A DNA stretch of 55,360 nt, taken from NCBI GenBank assembly GCA_014800515.1, contig JAAVFY010000007.1, positions 48,174 through 103,533 on the forward strand, in the 5' to 3' direction. Positions 41,286 through 49,838 of this stretch are shown here, piece by piece (positions within the stretch are counted from its first letter, which is position 1; every line of letters begins with the position of its first letter). Source of the stretch: Bacteroidales bacterium. GTDB taxonomy: Bacteria > Bacteroidota > Bacteroidia > Bacteroidales > Muribaculaceae. A program made the position numbers and the translations under genes. The notes under the pieces are model-generated. The model ran no database searches. It saw only the letters and a list, made by a program, of their open reading frames with translations, and was not told where the DNA came from.

Positions 41286-43195
41286 TTTTTCTTATTGATA
41301 AATATATCGTAGTTACCGTTATATTCCGGTCTTGGAGCCTTTTCGGACTTCTTACTATCCTTCTTGCTCTTTTTCTCCTTCTTATCTTTCTTCACCTTTG
41401 CGGCGGAAGACGCCGTAGTGCGTTTTGACGCGCTCTTCTCGCGCTTCGACGCGCCGCCTTTGCCGCCCCGTTTTGCCGGGCGGTCGGAGTCGCTTTTGCG
41501 ACGACGGGATTTGCCATCGTCGGAATAGTCCCGATCGGAAGCCACCTCACAATGGATTCGGGTGCCGAAAAAGTCAGCATTACGCAACGCATCGATAACG
41601 CGGCGGGCATCTTCTTTCCTCACGTCGAAAAGAGTGTAATCAGGCAAAAGGTCGATACGGCCTATGTCGGGCTTATTGCCCACCACCGACCTGTTGATAA
41701 GCTCCATAAGATTGCCGGGGAAGAAGCCTTCCTTCTTGCCGACATTGACCATCATGCGCTCAAATCCCGGGTCGGCTTCCCTGCGATCCTTATCGCGGCG
41801 CGCACTTCTTTTCTTTTCCGCGTCATCCTTGTCGCCACCCTTATTGCTTGCATTCAGGTCGATATCCGGCATATCACGATAGTAAGCCAGAAGTCGGTTG
41901 AATTCGAGGGAGAGTACGCGCTTAAGAAGATCTTCCTCAGAAAGCCACTCCAATTTCTTGCGCACACCCGGCAGATACTTGTTGATTTCCTGCTCATTGA
42001 CCTCCACACGCTCCAGACGGTCGGCGAGATTATATAGTTGCTTCTCGATGATATGTTCAGGAGAAGGCACCTTTCGATACTCGAAGTTCTTGCCTATCTT
42101 CTTCTCTATCTGTCGCAGACGACTCTTCTCCCTGGAATGTATGATCGCCACGGAGACACCCGTCTTGTGGGCACGGCCAGTACGGCCCGAACGATGTGTA
42201 TAGACCGCCACATCATCAGGCAGGCCGTAGTTGATCACGTGAGTGAGATCATCCACATCCAGGCCTCGCGCCGCCACATCTGTGGCCACAAGCAGCTGAG
42301 TGACATGGTCGCGGAATTTCTTCATAGCCAAGTCACGCTGAGCCTGCGAGAGATCGCCGTGAAGGCAATCGGCATTATAGCCGTCGGCAATAAGTTTGTC
42401 GGCAATTTCCTGTGTCTCCTTGCGGGTGCGGCAGAAGATTATGCCGTAAATATCGGGATTATTGTCAGCGACACGCTTCAGGGCGAGATACTTGTCGTGA
42501 GCTTTCACCATATAGTAGATATGCTTCACGTTCTTCGAGCCTTCGTTGCGGCCGCCGGCCACAAACTCCACCGGATCATGCATGAAGTCGCGTGAGATAG
42601 AAGCGATCTCGCGGGGCATAGTGGCGGAGAACATAAGCATCTTTCTCTCCTCGGGCACATGGGTCAGAATCTGGCGGATATCGTCTATGAATCCCATGTT
42701 GAGCATCTCGTCGGCTTCATCGAGTATGACAGTGCGGACGTTATCAAGATTCACCACGCCTCGGCGTATAAGGTCGATGAGACGTCCCGGAGTAGCCACC
42801 ACCACCTGCACACCGGCGCGAAGCGAACGTATCTGACTTTCTATGCTTGAGCCGCCGTAGACCGGAAGAATCTTCAATCCGTCAATATAACGGGCGAAAT
42901 CAGCCAGATCGCCGGCAATCTGAAGACAAAGTTCTCTTGTAGGAGCGATGATAAGAGCCTGAGGCTCGCGGAGGGAGGGGTCAATACGTTGTAGCACCGG
43001 CAGACCGAACGCCGCCGTCTTGCCTGTGCCGGTCTGGGCAAGACCCACTACGTCGCCATCCTTCTCAAGCAGATGAGGAATCACCATCTCCTGAATTGGC
43101 ATCGGGTGTTCGAACCCAAGTTCCTCCACTGCCTTCAGCAGAGAGGGAGCCACACCGAGGTCCGCGAATGTCTTTATATCTTTGTCTTCTTCCAT
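41282..43195 (-). CDS. DEAD-box RNA helicase with DbpA-type RNA-binding domain and basic tail
   Basis: Q motif, AQTGTGKT, PTREL, TPGRL, DEAD, SAT, ARGLD, HRSGRTGR. Confidence 0.95.
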   Translation of the reverse strand: MEEDKDIKTFADLGVAPSLLKAVEELGFEHPMPIQEMVIPHLLEKDGDVVGLAQTGTGKTAAFGLPVLQRIDPSLREPQALIIAPTRELCLQIAGDLADFARYIDGLKILPVYGGSSIESQIRSLRAGVQVVVATPGRLIDLIRRGVVNLDNVRTVILDEADEMLNMGFIDDIRQILTHVPEERKMLMFSATMPREIASISRDFMHDPVEFVAGGRNEGSKNVKHIYYMVKAHDKYLALKRVADNNPDIYGIIFCRTRKETQEIADKLIADGYNADCLHGDLSQAQRDLAMKKFRDHVTQLLVATDVAARGLDVDDLTHVINYGLPDDVAVYTHRSGRTGRAHKTGVSVAIIHSREKSRLRQIEKKIGKNFEYRKVPSPEHIIEKQLYNLADRLERVEVNEQEINKYLPGVRKKLEWLSEEDLLKRVLSLEFNRLLAYYRDMPDIDLNASNKGGDKDDAEKKRSARRDKDRREADPGFERMMVNVGKKEGFFPGNLMELINRSVVGNKPDIGRIDLLPDYTLFDVRKEDARRVIDALRNADFFGTRIHCEVASDRDYSDDGKSRRRKSDSDRPAKRGGKGGASKREKSASKRTTASSAAKVKKDKKEKKSKKDSKKSEKAPRPEYNGNYDIFINKKK

Positions 43196-43299
43196 AATAA
43201 TCTGAATTTGGGTCTATACATTATACACTTGGAGGCAGCCCTGAGCGGCCACCCTCCGGAGATATAACATCCGACAGCCCCTCATTCCTTACTGAGACG

Positions 43300-43347
43300 C
43301 GAAATTAATAAAAAATTTGCTGATTAGACCGAAGTTTAGTAATTTCG
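43300..43347. promoter_or_regulatory. Divergent -7-like elements for the helicase operon and the C69 peptidase
   Basis: TAATTTCG on minus (43300-43307) and on plus (43340-43347), each one mismatch from TAnnTTTG. Confidence 0.45.
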
Positions 43348-43452
43348 TGCAGAAATACTAACCGAGGTTATACCGGGATGAAAAAACATATTTCCTGCCA
43401 GGAAAGAGATTATGCTTTCCGCTATGACCTGCATCATACTGAAAACAACAAA

Positions 43453-45096
43453 ATGAACCCCAAAAATTTCTTTCTGCCGGCCCTGCTTCTCATGGCCTCG
43501 GCAGGCATAGAGGCTGACGCATGTACCAACTTGCTCGCCGGCAAGAAAGCCACCACCGATGGCTCGGTGATGGTGACATACGCGGCAGACTCGCATTCAC
43601 TCTACGGATTCCTCAACCACACTCCCGCCGCCACCCATCCCAAAGGAGCGATGCGAAAGGTGGTGGACTGGGACTCGGGTCGCGCTCTCGGAGAGATTCC
43701 TCAACCGGAACACACCTACAACGTAGTGGGCAATATGAACGAGCACCAGCTCTGTATCGGAGAATCCACCTGGGGCGGACACCACGAACTGGAGGACACC
43801 ACGGGTCAAGCCATGATTGACTACGGTTCGCTTATCCAGATTGCTCTCGAACGCTCCAAGACAGCCCGTGAAGCTATAAAGACCATGGGAGAGCTTGTGG
43901 CCGACTACGGCTACGCCAGCTCCGGCGAATCTTTCTCCATAGCTGACAAGGATGAACTCTGGGTGATGGAGCTTATCGGGAAGGGCGCGGAGAAGGGCGC
44001 GGTGTGGATTGCCGTCAGAATCCCCGACGATGCCATTTCAGGTCATGCCAACGAGCCGCGTATCCGCAAGGTGAACATGAAGGACAAGGACAATGTGATG
44101 TATTCCAAAGACGTCATCTCCTTCGCACGCAAGCGCGGCTATTTCAACGGCAAGGATGAGGATTTCTCTTTTGCCGACGCCTACGCCGAACATCCCGCTG
44201 ACACACGCCGCGGATGTGACGCCCGTGTGTGGAGCTATTTCCGTCGTTTCAATCCTGAGGCCGACAGTTATTATGCCTGGTGTGTGGGTGAGAGCGACGA
44301 ACCGATGCCGCTCTATATCATCCCCGACAGAAAGGTGAGTCTCGCCGAGATGCAGGAAAGTATGCGTGATCATTTCGAAGGCACTCCCCTCAATATGACC
44401 TCCGATGTGGGTGCCGGGCCGAATAAAGTGCCCTACAGATGGCGACCGATGGACTATGAAGTAGACGGCAAGAAGTATACTCACGAGAGGGCCATAGCCA
44501 CCCAGCAGACGGGCTGGAGCTTTGTGAGCCAGAGCCGTGACTGGCTCCCCGACCCTGTGGGCGGTGTGCTCTGGTTCGGCACTGACGACACCAACACTTC
44601 TGTATATATGCCTTTCTATTGCTCAATGACTGAAGTGCCTGCCGAACTTGCAGAAGGTGATATCAACACCTTCACCTGGGACGCCAATTTCTGGGTCAAT
44701 AACTGGGTGGCGAATCAAGCCTACAATCGCTATGACCTTATGATTCCCGATATTCGCAAGGTGCAGGGAGAACTGGAGACTAAATTCCAGACCTCACGTC
44801 CCGAGACTGAGAAGCATTATGCTGACTTGGCTGCTGCGGGAGATATGAGCACTCTCGTGAAGGAGGTGAACGCCGAAGGAGCCGCCATTGCCAAGGAGGC
44901 TACCGACCGCTATCGCGACCTCGGACAATTCCTTTTCGTGCGATTCATGGACGGCAATATGAAAAAACTTGATGAGGAAGGAAATTTCCTGCGTACAGAG
45001 ACCGGAATGCCGGCTTATCCCTCTTTCCCCGGTTATGACCAGAAATATTTTGATAATATAGTGAAGGAGACCGGCGATCATTTCCTCGTGAAGTAA
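43453..45096 (+). CDS. C69-family dipeptidase
   Basis: ATG at 43453 gives a signal peptide ending ADA before the N-terminal nucleophile CT; MNEHQLCIGESTWGG; SGESFSIAD. Confidence 0.88.
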   Translation: MNPKNFFLPALLLMASAGIEADACTNLLAGKKATTDGSVMVTYAADSHSLYGFLNHTPAATHPKGAMRKVVDWDSGRALGEIPQPEHTYNVVGNMNEHQLCIGESTWGGHHELEDTTGQAMIDYGSLIQIALERSKTAREAIKTMGELVADYGYASSGESFSIADKDELWVMELIGKGAEKGAVWIAVRIPDDAISGHANEPRIRKVNMKDKDNVMYSKDVISFARKRGYFNGKDEDFSFADAYAEHPADTRRGCDARVWSYFRRFNPEADSYYAWCVGESDEPMPLYIIPDRKVSLAEMQESMRDHFEGTPLNMTSDVGAGPNKVPYRWRPMDYEVDGKKYTHERAIATQQTGWSFVSQSRDWLPDPVGGVLWFGTDDTNTSVYMPFYCSMTEVPAELAEGDINTFTWDANFWVNNWVANQAYNRYDLMIPDIRKVQGELETKFQTSRPETEKHYADLAAAGDMSTLVKEVNAEGAAIAKEATDRYRDLGQFLFVRFMDGNMKKLDEEGNFLRTETGMPAYPSFPGYDQKYFDNIVKETGDHFLVK

Positions 45097-45120
45097 GAAC
45101 TCGCATTAAGTTATTTACTT

Positions 45121-47166
45121 ATGAAAAGCAATCGTTTATATTCAAGTTTTGCCGTTATGGCATGTCTGGGGACCATGGCTGTTACGGTCCAGGCGGATGT
45201 GATCTCACCTGAGCAGGCACTCGGACGTCTTCAGACCTCCACCTCTGCCAAAAAGATAGCCTCGGGCAGCCCCGGCATGCGCCTTGTGCACACTGCTTCG
45301 GCCGAGACTGCTCAGGCACCGGCTTTCTATGTATTTGACAAACCTGCAGGAGGCTATGTCATCCTCTCGGCCGACGACCGTCTGGCGGTATTGCTTGCAG
45401 ATGTGGATGAGGGGTGTTTCGACCTGAATAATCTCCCTGATAATACCCGCTGGTGGCTTGGAGAATACACGCGGGAAATCGATTATTTCCTCACTCACTC
45501 CGCGGCCGACGAACAAACCGCGGCTCAGCCGGAAGCCTCTAAAGTGAGACTGAAGGACAAAAGAAATGAGATCTCACCTTTGCTCACCACGAAGTGGGCA
45601 CAGCAATATCCTTATAATTCCCTCTGTCCCACTATCAACGGACGCGCCACTGTGACCGGCTGTGTGGCTACTGCCACTGCCCAGGTGGTCAACTATCACC
45701 GTTGGCCAGAGACTAACGGATTCGGAAACATCTCCTATACCACTACAGCCGGACGTTCATATTCCTACGACTTCGGGGCCACCACCTTCGCATGGGACGA
45801 TATGATCGACTCATATTCGAACTCTTCTACCCAGGCGCAGAAGGATGCTGTGGCTACTCTGATGGTAGCCTGCGGCATGGGAGTCAAGATGGACTATTCC
45901 ACATCTGAAAGTTCGGCTCAATCGTTAGAAATTCCCGGAGCTCTTCAGACTTATTTCGGATTTGCTGAATCTACAAGTTCCGCCATGCGCGAAACTTATT
46001 CCACATGGGAGTGGGAAGAACTGATATATCAGGAACTGGCCGGCGGACGCCCGGTAAACTACTCCGGTATCGGCACATCAGGCGGCCATCAATTCGTGGC
46101 TGATGGCTATCGTGCCGACAATCTTTTCCACTTCAACTGGGGCTGGGGTGGCATGTCTGACGGCTATTTCCGTCTCTCGGCACTTAATCCGGAGTCTCTC
46201 GGCACGGGTGGCGGTAGCGGCGGATTCAACACCCAGCAGACCGCCATTGTCGGGTGCTGTCCTCCCGACAAGGCAGAAGGTCTCACGCCTGTGTCTCCCT
46301 TATATATCAACGGACAGATGTCAGTAGATAATGTATCCATAAGCGGATACTTCACCACTTTCAAGGTGATCTTTGAGAATGGCGGTATCTTCGCACGCGT
46401 CTCTAAAGATTATTCCGGTCAATTCGGTATGATGATGACTGACGTGCATGACAACGTCATAGGCACCTACGGAAATACCGACCTTAAATTTGACGCCGCT
46501 GACAATGGCAGTGTCTCCGGCTTTCGCTCCACCTACGCGCAGCTTCCTCCCACCGAAGCGGGCACCTACCGTCTCTATCCCGTCTTCAAAGCTTCGGGCG
46601 AAAGTTGGAAACGAGTTCCCATCTACAATGGTCTCAGCCGCTTTATCACACTGACTATTGATGAAAACGGACAGAAAACCTTTGAAGCCGGTACCCTCAA
46701 GAATCTCCCCGAACTGGAAATCTCCGACCTGATTGTCCCGGAGACAATCGAAGCTCAGGATGAGAATCTGTTTACGGTCGAAGCCTATAACGGCGATGCT
46801 CTCTATGACGGAGAGGTGCGTCTCTTCCTGTGCGGCGACAGCGAGGATGAGGCTGACGTCTGCGTAGCATATCATGACCTCAAGATGAGCACCGACTCCA
46901 ACACCACATTCACTATGCCCGTGACTTTGGACACGAGTGCCGGATCTCATAAAATATATTTCACCGACTGCCTTAACCGGCGCATAAGCCAGGACTTTGA
47001 CATCCTGGTGACCAACTCCACCAACTCTATCGCCCTCAACGGCAATGACAGCGAGGTGGTCATCTATGACCTTCAGGGACGCAGACTGCCTGCATTGCCT
47101 GAGACTCCCGGCGTCTATATCGTGCGTAGCGGTGATAAAGCCCGCAAAATCGTAGTGACACACTGA
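45121..47166 (+). CDS. C10 (streptopain-like) cysteine protease with I69-like prodomain and T9SS tail
   Basis: GGYVILSADD, PLLTTKWAQ..PYN, TGCVATA, GGHQFVADGY, HFNWGWGG; YDLQGRR..GVYIV. Confidence 0.92.
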   Translation: MKSNRLYSSFAVMACLGTMAVTVQADVISPEQALGRLQTSTSAKKIASGSPGMRLVHTASAETAQAPAFYVFDKPAGGYVILSADDRLAVLLADVDEGCFDLNNLPDNTRWWLGEYTREIDYFLTHSAADEQTAAQPEASKVRLKDKRNEISPLLTTKWAQQYPYNSLCPTINGRATVTGCVATATAQVVNYHRWPETNGFGNISYTTTAGRSYSYDFGATTFAWDDMIDSYSNSSTQAQKDAVATLMVACGMGVKMDYSTSESSAQSLEIPGALQTYFGFAESTSSAMRETYSTWEWEELIYQELAGGRPVNYSGIGTSGGHQFVADGYRADNLFHFNWGWGGMSDGYFRLSALNPESLGTGGGSGGFNTQQTAIVGCCPPDKAEGLTPVSPLYINGQMSVDNVSISGYFTTFKVIFENGGIFARVSKDYSGQFGMMMTDVHDNVIGTYGNTDLKFDAADNGSVSGFRSTYAQLPPTEAGTYRLYPVFKASGESWKRVPIYNGLSRFITLTIDENGQKTFEAGTLKNLPELEISDLIVPETIEAQDENLFTVEAYNGDALYDGEVRLFLCGDSEDEADVCVAYHDLKMSTDSNTTFTMPVTLDTSAGSHKIYFTDCLNRRISQDFDILVTNSTNSIALNGNDSEVVIYDLQGRRLPALPETPGVYIVRSGDKARKIVVTH

Positions 47167-47251
47167 TTGTCCATGAACGTTGCCGGCTCTCTTCCTCATA
47201 AAGATGAAATGACGACTGCGGGATTGTCTTTATATCCCGAGCGTATGCTAT

Positions 47252-47288
47252 AATGTTCAGGCGCATGGAAGCTATGCGCCTGAACATT
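47252..47288. other. 15-bp perfect hairpin between the two C10 genes
   Basis: AATGTTCAGGCGCAT-7 nt-ATGCGCCTGAACATT, no U tract. Confidence 0.7.
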
Positions 47289-47361
47289 GAATTAGCAGCC
47301 ACTTATACCCATCATCCATAAAGCGACTTTTTCCGGATAGACACTTATCAATCAAACTCGA

Positions 47362-49449
47362 ATGAAAAAAAATATAACCATCTTTTCCCTACTCCTTGCG
47401 GCAACCGCGACAACACTACCGGGTGAGGCAAAGACCCTCTCACCATCGGAGGCCATCGGCAGGCTGCACGCATCCTCGTCAGCAAGACGGTTGATTGCAC
47501 AAGGAGAGGGACTGAGACTCGTACACACGGCTCTTGTTCCGGAGTCGGACATTCCGGCATTCTACGTATTCGACAAGGCCGACGGAGGCTACATCATCCT
47601 TTCAGCCGATGATCGGCTTGCCGACATATTGGCCGACATAGACTCCGGTCATTTCGAACTCTCAACATTGCCCGCAAATATGAAATGGTGGCTTGGAGAA
47701 TACAAACGTGAGATAGCGGAAGCTCTCTCCTTCGCCGATACATATATCGCCCCCGAATCCTCCACATCGTCAAAAGTAATCATGCAGGACACTCGCCATG
47801 ATGTCGAGCCGCTCCTTACAACCAAATGGGACCAGGACGCACCCTACAACGATCTTTGTCCCTCCTTCGGAGATGACAAGGCCATGACCGGATGTGTGGC
47901 CACAGCCATGGCTCAGATAATCAGATATCATGAATGGCCGTCCACTCACGGATTTGGCTCCAACACATATACCTATCGTGGAAGAACCTATTCTTTTGAC
48001 TTTGAAAAGACTACGTTCGACTGGAATAATATGAAGAATGACTATTCCTCGACATCCGGTTCGATTATCACCCCCGAAGAGATTCAGGCAGTAGCCAATC
48101 TGATGTATGCCTGCGGTGTAGGTGTGAATATGGAATATGGTCCGGAGGAGAGCGGGGCCGTATCCTATCGCATCGCACCTGCCCTTCGCGACTATTTCGG
48201 GTATCCCGAATGCACAAGCCTCGTAATACGCGACACATACTCTCTCTGGGAATGGGAGGAACTTATGTATCAGGAGATGGCCGGCGGACGCCCCGTGTGC
48301 TACTCCGGCATCGGAGGCATGGGCGGTCATCAGTTTGTTCTCGACGGTTATCGTGCCGACAATATGTTTCATATCAACTGGGGATGGAGCGGTGTCTCCG
48401 ACGGTTATTTCCGTCTCACCTCCCTCAATCCCTCCATCCTCGGAATCGGCGGTGGCGGCGGATCCTTCAATTATTTGCAGGAGGCCGTCGTGAGATGCTG
48501 CCGACCGGAGAATGCCGCAGGTCTGGAGCCCATCACTCCGGTCTACATAAAGGGTGATTTCATCATGACAAGCATCCAGAATCCCACCGATGAAGGATGT
48601 GTGATCGAGATTGCCTTCAACAACGGCGGTATGTATGCCAACAGCGTCAATGAACTCCCCGGCCAATTCGGTATTCTGCTCACTGACAAGTATGAGAATG
48701 AGATAGGCTACTTCGGATATATGGATGTAAAATTTCCTGCGGCCACTTCACAGGGTCTGTATGGCTATCATTACGCTTCCGCTTATGTGCCTCGTCCGGA
48801 GAATCCGGGAATCTACAGAGTCTACCCGGCCTTCTGCCCTGAAGGGGGAAAATGGACACGGATTCCTACTTACAACGGCGGCAACCGCTTTATAAATCTC
48901 TCTGTTGACGAGGAAAGAAAGATGACATTCGGCAATGACGGTCTGACAATCCTTCCCGAGCTTGAGATTATGAATCTCGTGATAAAATCCGACATATACA
49001 GTGGTGTCCCCACGACGATTCTCGTAGATGCTCTCAATGGTCCTGACGCATATAACGGTGAGCTGCATCTATATCTGCAGAATCCCGTAGAGACAGACAA
49101 CAACGGTGATTCCGACGAACTCCCGGCTCTTCCCATCGACTCGAAGTATCTTGAGATTCCGGCCAACATGTATGACCTGTATTCCATGGAGGTGACATTC
49201 AATCAGGCCCCGGGTGAATATGAGGTATACTTCGCAGACTGTCTCAACCGTCGCATCAGCTCCAACTTCCCAATCACCGTGAAGGAATATACAGAAGACA
49301 CTGCTGTAGGTTCTCTCCTCTCCGATATAGAGGCACCCACAGAATGGTATGACCTTCAGGGCAGGAAACTGAACGGCGAACCCTCAGCCCCGGGTCTCTA
49401 CATAGAGCGCAAAGGCAACTTGCGACATAAAGTACTGAAAAAGTACTGA
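47362..49449 (+). CDS. C10 cysteine protease paralogue with T9SS tail
   Basis: PLLTTKWDQDAPYN, TGCVATA, GGHQFVLDGY, HINWGWSG; WYDLQGRK..GLYI. Confidence 0.92.
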   Translation: MKKNITIFSLLLAATATTLPGEAKTLSPSEAIGRLHASSSARRLIAQGEGLRLVHTALVPESDIPAFYVFDKADGGYIILSADDRLADILADIDSGHFELSTLPANMKWWLGEYKREIAEALSFADTYIAPESSTSSKVIMQDTRHDVEPLLTTKWDQDAPYNDLCPSFGDDKAMTGCVATAMAQIIRYHEWPSTHGFGSNTYTYRGRTYSFDFEKTTFDWNNMKNDYSSTSGSIITPEEIQAVANLMYACGVGVNMEYGPEESGAVSYRIAPALRDYFGYPECTSLVIRDTYSLWEWEELMYQEMAGGRPVCYSGIGGMGGHQFVLDGYRADNMFHINWGWSGVSDGYFRLTSLNPSILGIGGGGGSFNYLQEAVVRCCRPENAAGLEPITPVYIKGDFIMTSIQNPTDEGCVIEIAFNNGGMYANSVNELPGQFGILLTDKYENEIGYFGYMDVKFPAATSQGLYGYHYASAYVPRPENPGIYRVYPAFCPEGGKWTRIPTYNGGNRFINLSVDEERKMTFGNDGLTILPELEIMNLVIKSDIYSGVPTTILVDALNGPDAYNGELHLYLQNPVETDNNGDSDELPALPIDSKYLEIPANMYDLYSMEVTFNQAPGEYEVYFADCLNRRISSNFPITVKEYTEDTAVGSLLSDIEAPTEWYDLQGRKLNGEPSAPGLYIERKGNLRHKVLKKY

Positions 49450-49472
49450 TCCTACTTTACATACTCCCTTCG

Positions 49473-49514
49473 CTACCCCTCCCCGCTGATGTGCACCGGG
49501 GAGGGGTAGTTTTT
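49473..49514 (+). terminator. Intrinsic terminator
   Basis: CTACCCCTCCCCG / CGGGGAGGGGTAG followed by TTTTT. Confidence 0.88.
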
Positions 49515-49710
49515 CTGTCCTGATTAACCAAAAAATTGATTATAGCAAAATTTCAGTCAAACACTCATCAACCACTCTTACAAAGCAAGACATTCTCTAT
49601 AACCATACCGGGCCCAAATTATTTAATAACAAAATGCAAGCAAATTAATCACTATACCCCCTGATTTGTAATTAAATTCCTTAAGAATATCTCAAAATAA
49701 AGCACTTATA

Positions 49711-49742
49711 CTTGCATTATTCATCCATATTGTCTATCTTTG
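49711..49742 (+). promoter_or_regulatory. Promoter of the beta-barrel gene
   Basis: CTTG (49711-49714), 20-nt spacer, TATCTTTG (49735-49742). Confidence 0.7.
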
Positions 49743-49787
49743 TCAATAAAATAAATCTATCATTATTTTTCACACCAATGAGAGTGG

Positions 49788-49802
49788 TTTCTTAGCTACT
49801 TA
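49788..49802 (+). repeat. Lone right end of the TAAGTAGCT element
   Basis: TTTCTTAGCTACTTA, identical to the last 15 bp of the 25116-25176 and 54896-55091 copies. Confidence 0.65.
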
Positions 49803-49838
49803 ATCATACTTTCATTATCAAATCAATCAGTAATATAT

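Noticed and set aside
43378-43452. Longer start for the C69 peptidase
   Set aside because: The signal peptide begins at MNPKNFF (43453) after an A-rich initiation region.
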